A DNA stretch of 63,882 nucleotides, filler included, from Octopus bimaculoides (lineage: Eukaryota): the NCBI RefSeq assembly GCF_001194135.2. It is 3 parts of 3 records of this genome, joined end to end, with 100 filler letters (N's around TTAATTAATTAA, not from the genome) between each part and the next. Parts side by side here need not be neighbours in the genome. Positions count along the whole stretch, not along the records: positions 61,659 to 63,882 come from NW_026398167.1; 2 more parts are not named here. One strand, written 5' to 3'. Position 1 is the stretch's first letter. Each line of letters opens with the position of its first letter. Positions 63,076 through 63,882 of the stretch are shown one piece after another. A program made the translations under genes and the position numbers. Below the pieces are notes generated by a model. The model did no database searches and was not told the DNA's origin. It saw only the letters and a program-made list of their open reading frames with translations.

Positions 63076-63847
63076 CATGCATGCATACATACATACATAC
63101 ATACATACATACATACATACATACATACACATATACGTACATACATATTCGAAGACTACAGACCCAATCCATCACTGGAACTGTAAAAATCTGTAAAACT
63201 TTCCAGAAGTTTATCATTTAAGTATATATGAGCATATCTAGATACACTGCTATATGCATGAGAATGCATACATTAAACAAGACATACATACATACATACA
63301 TACAAAAATACCCTGTTGTTGATGTTGAAATTCCAATGAAGGAGCCTCGGATCTTGGTTAGAAACCGGTTCTTTCTCTATTGGTAAGAAATCTTGAAATT
63401 AAACTGAACAATGACATACATACATATACATACATACATGCATACAATGATGCATGCATATATATATATATACACACACACACATACACACATACATACA
63501 TACATACATGCATGCATATATACATACATACATACATGCATATATACACACGAACACCGTCACACATATCCATTTCTCTGTTTACGTATTGTTTATCTAC
63601 GTGTCTATATGTGTGTAGACATAGTTATCAATGGAGTAAAAACACGTTCAAAGAATATGTATCGATCAATCAGATTATCGATTAATTAAATTGTTAATAT
63701 TGATACTCGGATAAGTAAGCGAAGTAAAATAAATATAGACAAAAGGAACAGAGAAAACTGTCAAATGTTGAGAGATTTCATTGTCATTTTATGATCTAGT
63801 TTTTACCTTTAAAGTTCCCATCTGTTTAACTATGTCTGTCTGTCTGG

Positions 63848-63882
<35 letters not shown>

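Overview
Eukaryotic, AT-rich, microsatellite- and SINE-saturated animal DNA with many N gaps. The repeat repertoire matches my recollection of Octopus genomes; this is inference and was not checked. Two identical 100-bp artificial linkers (44 N + TTAATTAATTAA + 44 N, at 31257-31356 and 61559-61658) split the window into three joined pieces. The only confidently identifiable protein-coding gene is TRIP11/GMAP-210: three phase-compatible minus-strand exons (47748-47829, 45902-46016 with the GRAB domain, 38723-38824) in the middle piece. I found neither its upstream coiled-coil exons nor its last exon. That piece is CpG-depleted relative to the first 31 kb, consistent with gene-body methylation, and contains a full-length but degenerate U6 snRNA copy. 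The rest is tRNA-derived SINEs built from interchangeable modules, RTE and RLE-type (R4/Dong-like) LINE ends, Tc1/mariner remnants, fold-back MITEs, a Helentron-like element, and mini- and microsatellites. The most interesting signals are: a dispersed ~150-bp repeat carrying a minimal hammerhead-ribozyme-like fold with covarying stem I in three copies; a pre-miRNA-like hairpin at 61.4-61.5 kb; a possible tail-anchored alternative TRIP11 ending; and a candidate gene start cut by the first linker. Almost all ORFs in the supplied track are gap or microsatellite artefacts. Repeat boundaries are approximate, read by eye.
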